Source: Vulcanimicrobiaceae bacterium | GTDB lineage: Bacteria > Vulcanimicrobiota > Vulcanimicrobiia > Vulcanimicrobiales > Vulcanimicrobiaceae | Reading direction: 5' to 3' | DNA length: 44,195 nt | Assembly (NCBI GenBank): GCA_046262595.1 | Contig: JBHEMM010000003.1 | Span: 42,420 to 86,614, forward strand | Shown: positions 9,131 to 18,998 of the stretch, in pieces | How positions within the stretch are numbered: position 1 is the first letter of the stretch | Layout: each line of letters starts with the position of its first letter | The notes under the pieces: generated by a model | Databases searched by the model: none | What the model saw: the letters and a program-made list of their open reading frames with translations, nothing else | What the model was told of the DNA's origin: nothing | Program-made: the position numbers and the translations under genes

Positions 9131-10768
9131 ATGAGCAGATTCGCGCGTACGCTAACGGCGTCGGTCCTTGCTTCCGCCGCGCTCTTGCAGGTCGCATGTC
9201 ACGGCGCGGTCAGCGAACCGGCCGAGGGGCGGCACACGTGGACGCAGCCGCACGTGCTTCGCATGGCCGACCTTTCCGATCCCGATTCACTCAACGAATA
9301 TCTCTCGACGATGGATCTCGTGTATTTCTTGAGTTCCATGATGTATTCGTATTTGATCGCCAGTGACGAGCACGGCCGCCTGCAGGGCGATTTGGTTACG
9401 GAGGTTCCCTCGCTCGCGAACGGCGGCATCTCGCGCGACGGCCGGACGTATACGTACCGCCTGCGCCGCGGGGTGCGCTGGCAGGACGGCAAACCGCTGA
9501 CCTCGCGCGACGTGCGATTTTCGTGGCAGGCGGTGGTCAATCCGCAAAACAATGCGCTGCACCGGGAGGGGTACACGGAGGTCGCCTCGATCGATACGCC
9601 GGACGCGTACACGGCCGTCGTGCATCTCAAACGCCGTTATCCGCCGTTTCTTTCCAAATTTTTCACGCCGCTGCAAGAGGGCGGCAAGCCGATTCTGCCC
9701 GCGCACCTCTTGAGCGGCTATGCGTCGATCAACCAGGTGCCGTTCAACTCCGCGCCCGTGGGCAGCGGTCCGTTCAAATTTCTAAAATGGGATCGCGGGC
9801 GGGAATTGGTGCTCGTGCGCAATGCCCTGTATTTCCGCGGTGCGCCCAAACTGCAGCGCGTCGAGCTGCACATCATCCCCGACGATCAGACGATCTTCAA
9901 TGAAGTGCGGCTGCATCATATCGACCTGGTACTCACCCCTTCGGTTTCTCAATATCCGCGGTACCGCGCGATGCCGGACACCGTCGCCGAGGCCGACCCG
10001 TGGAACGCGCAGGAGCTGCTTGCAATCAACGACGGCAAACCAGGCCTGAACGACGTGCGCGTGCGCCGTGCCGTCTCGATGGCGATCGATTACGGCGCCA
10101 TCATCTCAAAGCTCACGCATGATACAGGCGAGCGCGCGCGCGATTATATCCCCCCGACCGCGCTGGGTTACTCGGATAACGCTCCGTACGCGTACGATCC
10201 CAAAGCAGCGGCCGCGGCGCTGGAGCGAGCCGGCTATACGATCGGCGCCGACGGCGTGCGCACGCGTGGAAAGGTGCGGCTGGAGTTCAGCTTGGGCACC
10301 ATATCCGGATCGGTGGCGCTGCGCGCCATGGCGATCCTGCTGCAGCAGTACTTTCACGACGTCGGCATAAAATTGAACGTGCGCATGTATCCGTACAACG
10401 GCATGTTCACGCCGGACGGGCCGACATACAGCGGAAAATACGATTTCGCAATGTACGGCGTGACGCTCACGTGGGATCCCGACATGTCGTTCTATTTGGG
10501 CTGCGCGTTCGTCTATCCGCATGGCGAGAACATCTACCGCTATTGCAACCCGAGGGCGGATGCGTACGAAGCGGCTGGTTTGCGCTCGGACGACCCCGCG
10601 CTGCGCGCGTCGGCCTACCGCAAAGCCGAGCCGCTGTTCTGGCAGACGGTGCCGTATATTCCGCTTTACGAGCGGCGCCGGATCGTCGTGCGTTCGCCCG
10701 ACCTGCGCAACTTCAAGACGAACCCGACATCGACGCCGTGGTTCAACCTTTGGCAGTGGGATATTTAA
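9131..10768 (+). CDS. ABC peptide/nickel substrate-binding lipoprotein (SBP family 5)
   Basis: Lipoprotein-type signal ending LQVAC; DGRTYTYRLRRGVRWQDGKPLTSRDV, PVGSGPFKF, DVRVRRA, PYIPLY. Confidence 0.92.
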   Translation: MSRFARTLTASVLASAALLQVACHGAVSEPAEGRHTWTQPHVLRMADLSDPDSLNEYLSTMDLVYFLSSMMYSYLIASDEHGRLQGDLVTEVPSLANGGISRDGRTYTYRLRRGVRWQDGKPLTSRDVRFSWQAVVNPQNNALHREGYTEVASIDTPDAYTAVVHLKRRYPPFLSKFFTPLQEGGKPILPAHLLSGYASINQVPFNSAPVGSGPFKFLKWDRGRELVLVRNALYFRGAPKLQRVELHIIPDDQTIFNEVRLHHIDLVLTPSVSQYPRYRAMPDTVAEADPWNAQELLAINDGKPGLNDVRVRRAVSMAIDYGAIISKLTHDTGERARDYIPPTALGYSDNAPYAYDPKAAAAALERAGYTIGADGVRTRGKVRLEFSLGTISGSVALRAMAILLQQYFHDVGIKLNVRMYPYNGMFTPDGPTYSGKYDFAMYGVTLTWDPDMSFYLGCAFVYPHGENIYRYCNPRADAYEAAGLRSDDPALRASAYRKAEPLFWQTVPYIPLYERRRIVVRSPDLRNFKTNPTSTPWFNLWQWDI

Positions 10769-10771
10769 GGC

Positions 10772-11245
10772 CTAGCGGTTGAAATCGCTCGGCTTTAACT
10801 CTTCGATGAACTTCTTGAAACGCTCGACGTCCGCTTCTCCGGTCTTCTTGTCGGGCGCGGATTCTTCCAGAACGATCTTGTCGGAAACATAGATCGGCGC
10901 GCTCATGCGCAGCGCGAGCGCGATGCCGTCGGACGGACGCGCGTCGATCTCCTGCAGCTCGCCGTTCTTGCGGACGAGCAGCTTTGCGAAAAACGTTGCT
11001 TCTCGAATGTCGTGAATGATGACTTGCTCGAGTTTCGCATCGAGCGTCTCGAGCACGTTGCGCATTAAATCGTGCGTAAGAGGCCGCGGAACCGGCGCGT
11101 TCTCGAGCGCCAGAGCAATCGCGGTCGCCTCGAACGGACCGATCAGAATGGGCAGGAACCGTTTGCCGTCGGCGTCTTTGAGGATCACAACCGGGTCATG
11201 CGTAAGCAGATCGATTCCGAGCTTGTCCACCTTCATCTGGCGCAT
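10772..11245 (-). CDS. Bifunctional nuclease family protein (DUF151)
   Basis: LPILIGPFEATAI, RPLTHDL, DARPSDGIALALR. AGGAG/GGAG Shine-Dalgarno before ATG 11245. Confidence 0.92.
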   Translation of the reverse strand: MRQMKVDKLGIDLLTHDPVVILKDADGKRFLPILIGPFEATAIALALENAPVPRPLTHDLMRNVLETLDAKLEQVIIHDIREATFFAKLLVRKNGELQEIDARPSDGIALALRMSAPIYVSDKIVLEESAPDKKTGEADVERFKKFIEELKPSDFNR

Positions 11246-11344
11246 AATCTCCACTCCTATACGCTCCCGTGCCGCTCATTCCTTAGTAGGCGAGCGCGGC
11301 GACCAGGTTCGCCCGACCGCCCGGCAGAACGCAGCGCGGCTGTC

Positions 11345-12439
11345 ATGGCTCTTTCGTGCGGAATCGTCGGGCTGCCCAACGTCGGCAAGTCCACCATCTT
11401 CAACGCGCTAACGCGCTCCGCGCAGGCGCTCGCTGCCAACTACCCGTTCGCGACGATCGAGCCGAACGTCGGCGAAGTGCCAGTGCCCGACGAGCGCCTG
11501 GGGGTGCTTGCGGGGCTTGTGAACTCCAAGAACATCGTTCCGGCTACCATGCGTTTCGTCGATATCGCCGGTTTGGTTCGCGGCGCGAGTTCGGGCGAGG
11601 GCTTGGGCAACGCGTTTTTGAGCCATATCCGCGAGACGGACGCGGTCGCAATGGTCGTGCGCGCGTTTCACGACGACAACGTGACCCACGTGGAAGGCGG
11701 CCCCGACCCGGCGCGCGACATCGAGATTATCGCCATCGAGATGAATTTGGCGGACCTCGCAACGCTTCAAAAACGCCAGGACAAACTGGAGCGCGAGGGC
11801 CGCGCGAATCCGAAAATGCGCTACAAGGCCGAAGCATCGAAAAATTTGATTCAGGCACTGGAACGTGGCCGCCCGGCGCGCGCGTTCGTGCGAGGCTCGC
11901 CCGAGGCCGAGGTCGCTGCCGAGTCGTTCCTCATTACGGCCAAGCCCCTGCTTTACGTCGCGAACATCGATGAGGAGCAGATCGGCAAACCGGGACCCTT
12001 CGTCAAGCAGATTGAGGCCGTAGCGGCCGGCGAGGGCAGCGGTGTCGTGGCGTTCTGCGGCAAGGTTGAAGCCGAGCTGGCCGGCTTGTCCGGCGAAGAG
12101 GCGAAGGAGTTTTGCGCGGAGCTGGGCATCGCCAGCGGCGGTCTGGATCAGCTCATTGTGTCCGCGTACGGCATACTGGGGCTCATGACGTTTTTGACGG
12201 CGGGCGAGAAGGAAGTGCGTGCTTGGACGATCGAGCGCGGCACGAAAGCGCCGCAGGCGGCGGGAAAGATTCACAGCGATATCGAGCGCGGATTTATCCG
12301 GGCCGAGATCGTGGCTTATGCTGATTACGTGCGCCTGAAAACGATGGATGCGCTGCGCGCAGCGGGACTCGTGCGGCAAGAAGGCAAGGAGTACGTGATG
12401 CAAGAGGGTGATGTCGTAAACTTCAAATTCAACGTCTGA
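11345..12439 (+). CDS. ychF: Ribosome-binding ATPase YchF
   Basis: CGIVGLPNVGKST, ANYPFATIEPN, DIAGLV.GAS.GEGLGN.FL, AGKIHSD..RGFIRAE, EGKEY..QEGD...FKFNV. Confidence 0.97.
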   Translation: MALSCGIVGLPNVGKSTIFNALTRSAQALAANYPFATIEPNVGEVPVPDERLGVLAGLVNSKNIVPATMRFVDIAGLVRGASSGEGLGNAFLSHIRETDAVAMVVRAFHDDNVTHVEGGPDPARDIEIIAIEMNLADLATLQKRQDKLEREGRANPKMRYKAEASKNLIQALERGRPARAFVRGSPEAEVAAESFLITAKPLLYVANIDEEQIGKPGPFVKQIEAVAAGEGSGVVAFCGKVEAELAGLSGEEAKEFCAELGIASGGLDQLIVSAYGILGLMTFLTAGEKEVRAWTIERGTKAPQAAGKIHSDIERGFIRAEIVAYADYVRLKTMDALRAAGLVRQEGKEYVMQEGDVVNFKFNV

Positions 12440-12502
12440 TAGGGATTTTATTGTTCTTCTTAAACCCCATGGACGTCTATATTCAGGAGGCTTAACCGTC
12501 CT

Positions 12503-13762
12503 ATGTCTGTCCGCGAAGTTTCGGTATTCGGCGACGGAATTACGTATTTCAACGAAGCGGCGGATCTGCTTCAGCTCGATTACGCTATGCGTGCCATCCT
12601 CACGCACCCCACGCGCCAGATTATCTTTTCGATACCGTTTCAGCGCGACAACGGCGAATTCGAGGTTTACACCGGCTACCGCGTTCAGTACAGCTTCGCG
12701 CGCGGGCCGGCGAAGGGCGGCATTCGCTTTCATCCCGGCGTGACGCTGGATGAAGTTACGGCGCTCGCGTTCTGGATGACGTGGAAATGTGCGGTCGTCG
12801 ACCTGCCGTTCGGCGGCGCGAAGGGCGGCGTCACCTGCGACCCCAGCAAACTTTCCCAGGGCGAGCTCGAGCGCATTACGCGCCGCTACGCCGCCGAGCT
12901 CGTTGAAGTGGTCGGTCCCGATAAAGACGTGCCGGCGCCCGACGTCAATACGAATCCGCAGACCATGGCCTGGTTCATGGACACGTACTCGATGCACATG
13001 CGCATGGGTGTTCCGGGCGTCGTGACCGGCAAGCCGCTCGTGATCGGCGGCTCCAGGGGCCGCGTGGAAGCCACGGGCCGCGGGGTGACGATCTGCGCCA
13101 TGGACGAGCTCGACCATTTAGGAATCCGCGCGCAGGACACCCGAATCGTCATTCAAGGCTTCGGCAACGTCGGCATGTGGGCCGCGCGGCTGTTCGAGGA
13201 GCGCGGCTGCACCGTCGTCGGCATATCTGACGTTACCGGCGCCTACTACAATGCGGCGGGCCTGAACATCGGCGAAGCAGTCGCGTACGTCGAAGATCCC
13301 GCGCACCGCAACCTGGAAGGCTTCAAGGGCGGCGAGAAGATCAGCAACAGCGAGCTGCTCACCAGCGAGTGCGACGTGCTCGTTCCGGCCGCGCTCGAGA
13401 AAGTGCTCACCGCCGAGAACGCGGGCCAGGTGAAGGCCAAACTCATCGTCGAGGGCGCGAACGGCCCGACCACGCCCGACGCGGACCATATCTTCAACCA
13501 ACGCGGCATCACCGTCATCCCCGATATCATGGCAAACGCCGGCGGCGTCACCGTTTCCTATTTCGAATGGGTGCAAGACCGCATGGGCTACTTCTGGAAG
13601 CTCAAAGAAGTCAACGAGCGTTTGGAAGATGTGCTCATTACGAATTTTCACGAACTTCGCGGCATCGCGCAGCGGCACAAAGTCCCCTACCGGACGGCCG
13701 CGTATATGATCGCGATCGACCGCGTCGTGCAGGCGCTCAAGTTGCGGGGCGTTTACGCTTAG
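12503..13762 (+). CDS. gdhA: Glu/Leu/Phe/Val dehydrogenase, probably glutamate dehydrogenase
   Basis: GPAKGGIRF, PFGGAKGG, DVPAPDVNT, QGFGNVG, EGANGPT, ANAGGVTVSYFEW. AGGAGG at 12485-12490. Confidence 0.9.
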   Translation: MSVREVSVFGDGITYFNEAADLLQLDYAMRAILTHPTRQIIFSIPFQRDNGEFEVYTGYRVQYSFARGPAKGGIRFHPGVTLDEVTALAFWMTWKCAVVDLPFGGAKGGVTCDPSKLSQGELERITRRYAAELVEVVGPDKDVPAPDVNTNPQTMAWFMDTYSMHMRMGVPGVVTGKPLVIGGSRGRVEATGRGVTICAMDELDHLGIRAQDTRIVIQGFGNVGMWAARLFEERGCTVVGISDVTGAYYNAAGLNIGEAVAYVEDPAHRNLEGFKGGEKISNSELLTSECDVLVPAALEKVLTAENAGQVKAKLIVEGANGPTTPDADHIFNQRGITVIPDIMANAGGVTVSYFEWVQDRMGYFWKLKEVNERLEDVLITNFHELRGIAQRHKVPYRTAAYMIAIDRVVQALKLRGVYA

Positions 13763-13765
13763 CGC

Positions 13766-14055
13766 TTAACCGCGCGAAAAAGCGATCGTGGTGATCTCGC
13801 CGTCTTTGATTGCGAATGTTTCGATGGCGGCGCCGCGTTCGCACGTAAACCGGTAAACGTACCCGGTGCCGTAGCGCGAGCCGGCACGGCGCAGCAGCGT
13901 TTGCGCCGCGGCGATCTGCGCGCGTGCGGGCGCTTGGGAAAAGAACGGCGCCTGCACGGCATCCGCGGCAGAGCACTCGGGGCCGTTGCGGCCGGCGCCG
14001 GTGCCGGCGTCGCGGGCGTTGCAAGCAGAAGCAGAACGAACAAAATCGGTATCAC
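13766..14055 (-). pseudogene. Frameshifted small exported protein
   Basis: A signal peptide and Pro/Ala linker (MIPILFVLLLLATPATPAP) start at GTG 14055 in one frame. The protein-like C-terminus (YVYRFTCERGAAIETFAIKDGEITTIAFSRG) lies in another frame ending at 13766. Confidence 0.5.
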
Positions 14056-14089
14056 GGCCTCTTATCCAACGTTTGCAAAGGCGATAACG

Positions 14090-14290
14090 GCTCGACGGGA
14101 AAAGCGGCTCGTTCCACGCGGCGTAGCCGCCCGCTAGTGCTTGGACGTTCGTTAAACCTTTTTCGCGCAGCGTTTGCGCAGCGCGCGAACAGGAGTTGCC
14201 GCTGCCGCAATAGAGCACGACGCGCCGGCGCGCAGAAACGTGCGAGCCACCATGCGGTGATCTGCTCAAAATTAAGGTAGGCCGCCTCTA
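14090..14290 (-). pseudogene. Rhodanese-domain remnant (C-terminal half)
   Basis: RRVVLYCGSGN.CSRAAQTLREKGLTNVQALAGGYAAW is the rhodanese catalytic loop and C-terminus. The N-terminal DVR...HIPGA half is missing. Confidence 0.65.
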
Positions 14291-14298
14291 GACCGTCG

Positions 14299-17200
14299 TT
14301 ACTTGGCTACAAAACCCGGCACGTTGGGCAACGCTGCCGGCGGCTCGAACGACGGGCGGCGCTTGCGCGACCAGCTCTTGATGATGACGTACACGACAGG
14401 CGTGACGGCCAGGTTCAGCACCGTCGATAAAACCATGCCTCCGAAGACCACCGTGCCCAGCGAGTTGCGGGCCGCACTGCCTGCGCCCGTCGCGAGCACC
14501 AGCGGTGTGACGGCGACGATGAACGCGATCGAGGTCATCAAAATCGGGCGCAGCCGCGTTTGTGCTGCGCGCGCCGCCGCGGCTACCACGCCGGCGCCGG
14601 CGCGCATCTGCTGATTGGCAAACTCGACGATAAGAATCGCGCTCTTGCTCGCAAGTCCGATCAGCATCACATAGCCGACTTGCGCATACGCGTCGCTGGG
14701 AAGATGCCGTCCGTTCAGAAACAGCAGCGCGCCCAAAATGGCGAGCGGCACCGAAAGCAAAACGATGAGCGGGTCGACGAAGCTTTCGTACTGCGCCGCC
14801 AGTACCAAAAACACGAACACGATGCCGATGCCGAAGATCAGCGCCGAAAGGAGGCCGCCCTCGATCTCGTCGAGCGTAATTCCGGACCATTCGTACGTTA
14901 TGCCGGCGGGATCGATCTGCGAGGCGATGCGCTCCATCGCCGCGATGGCTTGACCCGAGCCTTTCCCCGGCGCTGCCTGGCCGTTGATCTCGAGCGAGCG
15001 GAAAAGGTTGTAGTGCGAAATGATCGGAGCTGTCTGTACCAATTTTTCGCTTGCGATGCCTGAGAGCGGCACCATTCCGCCGGCGTCCGAGCGCACGTAG
15101 ATATTTTGCAGCGCGTCAAGCGAAGATCGGAAGGGCTCCTGCGCCTGCACATACACCCGGTACGAGCGGTTCAGATAGCTGAAATCGTTGACGTAATAGG
15201 AACCGAGCTGCGTCTGCATGGTGCGGAAGACGTCGTTCAAGCTCACGCCGATGGATTTGGCCTTGTTGCGATCGACGTGCACCTGCAGCTGCGGAGAATT
15301 GATACGAAACGTCGTGAACACTTGGGTGAGATCCGGATCTTTGTTACCCAACCCCATATAGCCGTACGCCGTCTGCATGAGCAGCGGCAGGCCGGCGTTC
15401 CCGCGGTCTTCCAGTTCGAATTGAAAGCCGCCGAACGAGCCGACGCCTTGAATCGCCGGCGGCTGGAACGCAAAGATCTGCGCTTCAGGTATTTGAAGGA
15501 ATGCCATCTGCAGGCGGCCGATCAGCGCCTTTGCCGTATGGCTCGCACCGCGCCGGTCGCTCCATGGCGTGAGCCGCACGAACATCATGCCGCGGTTGGG
15601 CGTGCTGCCGGTGAAACTGAACCCGGAAACGTTGAAGACGTGCGCGACTTCCGGCTGCTGCCGGATGATGCGCTCGACCCGCTTGGAGATCGCGATCTCG
15701 TTTTCGAGCGACGTCCCTTCAGGTGCTTGAATCGTCGCGAAGATCGCGCCCTGATCTTCATCCGGAATGAATGCCGTCGGCGTCATGCGGAAGACCACGA
15801 GCGTAACAGCAAACGCTGCGATGAACAGCGCAGCGACGACGCGGCGCGCTCGGAACAGCTTCGGCAGCAGCGCCGCGTACCACGCGCGAAACGCCTCCAG
15901 GCCGCGGTTGAACCAGACGAAGAAGAGAAAGCGCGGGTGCGATTCATGAAGCAGCAGTGCCGACATGACCGGCGTGAGCGTCAACGAGGCGAATAGCGAG
16001 ATGGAGATCGAGGCGGCGATGGTCAGCGCAAACTGCTTGTAGAGCTGACCCGTGGTTCCCGGAAAGAACGCAACCGGAATAAAAACGGCGAGCAGCACGA
16101 GCGACGAGGCCACGACGGCGCTCTGCACCTCGCGCATCGCAGCAGCGGCGGCGTCGATACCGTTCATGCCCTTGTCGTGCACGAAACGCGCGATATTTTC
16201 AATGACGACGATCGCGTCGTCGACGACCAGACCCGTCGCAAGCGTAAGCCCGAAGAGCGTGATCGTATTGATCGTGAAATGGAAGATTTTCATTGCGGCA
16301 AACGTGCCGATGAGCGAAACAGGGATCGTAACCGCCGGAATGAGCGTCGAGCGCGGATCTTGCAGGAACAGATAGATGACGGCCACGACCAGAAAGATGG
16401 AGAGAATCAGCGTGACGAGCACGTCCCGTATGGATTCATTGACGAACAGACTAGAGTCGAATGCCGTGTCCCACGTGATGCCTGCGGGAAACGACTTCGA
16501 AAGATTCGCCATGGCGGCTTTTACGCCGGAGGTCACAGCCAAGGAGTTCGCCGTGGGCAACTGCTGGATGCCGATGCCGACGACGTTGCGGTTGCCGTCG
16601 AAGGCGATGCCGTTCGAGTAGTCCTCGGCGCCGAGCTCCACCGTCGCGACGTCGGAGAGACGCGTGTATCCTCCGCCGGGCTCCGGCCTGACGATGACGT
16701 TCGCGAACTCTCCGGGCGTCGAGAGCCGGCCTTCCGCACGTACGTTGATCGTGAACGGCTGGTTTGCGCGCTCGGGCGCGGCGCCGATGTTGCCTGCCGC
16801 CACTTCGACGTTTTGCTCTTGCAGCGCGTTGAGCACGTCGGAAACCGCGAGACCGCGCGCCTGCAGCTTGTGCGGGTTCAGCCAAACGCGCATTGCATAG
16901 CGGCGCTGTCCGAAGATGATGACGTTCGAAACGCCCTGCACGCGTTTGAGCGCGTTCACGACGTTCAAATCGGCGTAGTTGCTTAAGAAGAGTTGATTGT
17001 ATTGCGCGTTGTTCGAGCGCACCGCGAGCGCCATGACGAAGCTGCCCGAATTTTTGGTAACGGTGATGCCGGTTTGTTTCACTTCGGCGGGCATGAGACC
17101 CGATGCGGATTGCACGGCATTCTGCACGTCAGTCGCCGCGATGTCGAGATCCGTGCCCAGGCGGAACGTGCACGTTATCGTGCTGGTGCCGTTGTTGCCG

Positions 17201-17445
17201 CTCGTCGAAGTAATGAAGCGCAAGCCTTCAACGCCGTTGATCGCTTGCTCCAGCGGCGTCGTAACGGCGGATTCGACGGCCTGGGCGTTGGCGCCGGTAT
17301 ACATCGCATTTACCGTCACGACCGGCGGTGCAATCTGCGGATACTGGCCGACGGGCATGCCGGGAATCACGATCGCCCCGGCGATGACGATAACCAGGGA
17401 ACAGACGGCCGCAAAAATCGGCCGTTTTAGAAAGAACTCAACCAC
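14299..17445 (-). CDS. RND efflux transporter permease (AcrB/HAE1 family)
   Basis: FFLKRPIFA, QYPQIAPP, GLVVDDAIVV (proton-relay Asp pair), GLASKSAIL, RLRPILMT. 1048 aa. Confidence 0.96.
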   Translation of the reverse strand: MVEFFLKRPIFAAVCSLVIVIAGAIVIPGMPVGQYPQIAPPVVTVNAMYTGANAQAVESAVTTPLEQAINGVEGLRFITSTSGNNGTSTITCTFRLGTDLDIAATDVQNAVQSASGLMPAEVKQTGITVTKNSGSFVMALAVRSNNAQYNQLFLSNYADLNVVNALKRVQGVSNVIIFGQRRYAMRVWLNPHKLQARGLAVSDVLNALQEQNVEVAAGNIGAAPERANQPFTINVRAEGRLSTPGEFANVIVRPEPGGGYTRLSDVATVELGAEDYSNGIAFDGNRNVVGIGIQQLPTANSLAVTSGVKAAMANLSKSFPAGITWDTAFDSSLFVNESIRDVLVTLILSIFLVVAVIYLFLQDPRSTLIPAVTIPVSLIGTFAAMKIFHFTINTITLFGLTLATGLVVDDAIVVIENIARFVHDKGMNGIDAAAAAMREVQSAVVASSLVLLAVFIPVAFFPGTTGQLYKQFALTIAASISISLFASLTLTPVMSALLLHESHPRFLFFVWFNRGLEAFRAWYAALLPKLFRARRVVAALFIAAFAVTLVVFRMTPTAFIPDEDQGAIFATIQAPEGTSLENEIAISKRVERIIRQQPEVAHVFNVSGFSFTGSTPNRGMMFVRLTPWSDRRGASHTAKALIGRLQMAFLQIPEAQIFAFQPPAIQGVGSFGGFQFELEDRGNAGLPLLMQTAYGYMGLGNKDPDLTQVFTTFRINSPQLQVHVDRNKAKSIGVSLNDVFRTMQTQLGSYYVNDFSYLNRSYRVYVQAQEPFRSSLDALQNIYVRSDAGGMVPLSGIASEKLVQTAPIISHYNLFRSLEINGQAAPGKGSGQAIAAMERIASQIDPAGITYEWSGITLDEIEGGLLSALIFGIGIVFVFLVLAAQYESFVDPLIVLLSVPLAILGALLFLNGRHLPSDAYAQVGYVMLIGLASKSAILIVEFANQQMRAGAGVVAAAARAAQTRLRPILMTSIAFIVAVTPLVLATGAGSAARNSLGTVVFGGMVLSTVLNLAVTPVVYVIIKSWSRKRRPSFEPPAALPNVPGFVAK

Positions 17446-17467
17446 GGCTGTGTCTTACTGCGGGGCG

Positions 17468-18358
17468 CTAATGGAAAGCCTGCTCGGCATGATACGAACT
17501 GCGCGAGAGCGGGCTGGAAACCACTTGATGAAAACCTTTCGACTTCGCAAGTTCGCCGAGCTGCGCAAATTTCGAGGGTGTCACAAATGTGCCGACGGAG
17601 AGATGCCGCTTAGTCGGCTGCAGATATTGCCCCATCGTGAAGATGTCTACACCCGCCGCGCGCGCGTCGTCCATCGTCTGCTCGATCTCTTCATCGCGCT
17701 CGCCCAAACCCAGCATGATCGAGGTTTTGGTGAAACGTCCGGGGGCGCGAGCTTTTGCGTGCGCGAGAATTTTGAGCGACTGATCGTATTTCGCGCGCTT
17801 GTCGCGCACGGTGGGCGTTAACCGCCGGACTGTCTCAAGATTGTGCGCGAAGACGTCGGGCCGCGCGTCCAAGACGATGTCCAGGGCGCTGCAGTCACCG
17901 CGGTAATCGCCGCTGAGGATCTCGACGCGTGAGCCCGCAACCCGTTCATGGATCGCGCGCACGGTATTTGCGAAGATGAGGGCTCCCCCGTCCGGCAGAT
18001 CGTCGCGATCGACGGCCGTGAGGACCAGATACTTCCAACCGAGCTCGCGCACCGCTTCCGCCACCCGCACCGGCTCCATCCAATCCACTTCTCCGCGCGG
18101 ATTTCCCGTCTTCACGTTGCAAAAGCGGCAGCCCCGCGTGCACACTTCACCCAAAATCATGATCGTTGCGGTGCCTGCCCCCCAGCACTCGGCAAGGTTC
18201 GGACACATCGCTTCCTTGCAAACGGTGTTGAGCGCAAGGCCGTTCACCTTCGCTTTGACGCGTTCGTAGTCATCGCCGCGCGGCAGCTGAACTTTCAGCC
18301 ACTCCGGCTTTTTCTTACGCGGCGGGGTGCTGTCGATCAGATCGATTTCGATGGCCAT
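17468..18358 (-). CDS. lipA: Lipoyl synthase
   Basis: KPEWLK, CKEAMCPNLAEC (CX4CX5C), CTRGCRFC, HNLETV, GQYLQP, RSSYHA. Confidence 0.97.
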   Translation of the reverse strand: MAIEIDLIDSTPPRKKKPEWLKVQLPRGDDYERVKAKVNGLALNTVCKEAMCPNLAECWGAGTATIMILGEVCTRGCRFCNVKTGNPRGEVDWMEPVRVAEAVRELGWKYLVLTAVDRDDLPDGGALIFANTVRAIHERVAGSRVEILSGDYRGDCSALDIVLDARPDVFAHNLETVRRLTPTVRDKRAKYDQSLKILAHAKARAPGRFTKTSIMLGLGERDEEIEQTMDDARAAGVDIFTMGQYLQPTKRHLSVGTFVTPSKFAQLGELAKSKGFHQVVSSPLSRSSYHAEQAFH

Positions 18359-18995
18359 CAAATGCTATTCCAAAGGTTCGTTCGAGCGCCGCCCGCAGAA
18401 GGGGCTGCACTTCATCGATCGCTACAACCCGTCCGGTCTCCTTAGAGATGCTGGTGATGCCGCGGCCGGTCAAGCCGCACGGGTTGATCAGCGTATCGTA
18501 GCCCAGCTCAGTGCTCACGTTGAGCGCGATGCCGTGCAGGGAGGTCATCTTTTGCACGGCGAGACCTATCGCGCAAATCTGATTGCGGCCCACCCAAACC
18601 CCGGCGTGCTCGCTCCAGCGCACGGCTGCGATCCCGAAGTGCGCGCACGTCGCGATGACGGCGCCTTCGAGCGCGCGCACCAGCGGCACCACTTCGCGAA
18701 AGCGCTCGAGTTTGCGGATCGGGTACACGACGAGCTGCCCAGGCCCGTGATACGTGACGTCGCCGCCACGCTCGATATGCACCACGTCCACGCCGCGCGC
18801 GCTCAGCGTCTGGGGCGCGAGCAGCACATTCTGTTCGTTCGCTTTGCGGCCGAGCGTGATGACCGGAGGATGTTCGACGAATATCCACGTTTCCGGCGCT
18901 TCGCCGCCGCGCACTTTTGCGTGCAGCTCGTGCTGAAGATCCCATACTTCGCGGTAGGGACGCAGGCCGAGCTCGAGCAGTTGGGCGGTTGACAC
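18315..18995 (-). CDS. lipB: Octanoyltransferase
   Basis: EHPPVITLG, RGGDVTYHGPGQLVVYP, GVWV, HGIALNV, INPCG. Confidence 0.95.
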   Translation of the reverse strand: MSTAQLLELGLRPYREVWDLQHELHAKVRGGEAPETWIFVEHPPVITLGRKANEQNVLLAPQTLSARGVDVVHIERGGDVTYHGPGQLVVYPIRKLERFREVVPLVRALEGAVIATCAHFGIAAVRWSEHAGVWVGRNQICAIGLAVQKMTSLHGIALNVSTELGYDTLINPCGLTGRGITSISKETGRVVAIDEVQPLLRAALERTFGIAFDGHRNRSDRQHPAA

Positions 18996-18998
18996 TCG

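Noticed and set aside
12471..12503. Hairpin (GGACG/CGTCC) around the gdhA Shine-Dalgarno as an RNA thermometer
   Set aside because: Only about 5 bp, which is expected by chance.
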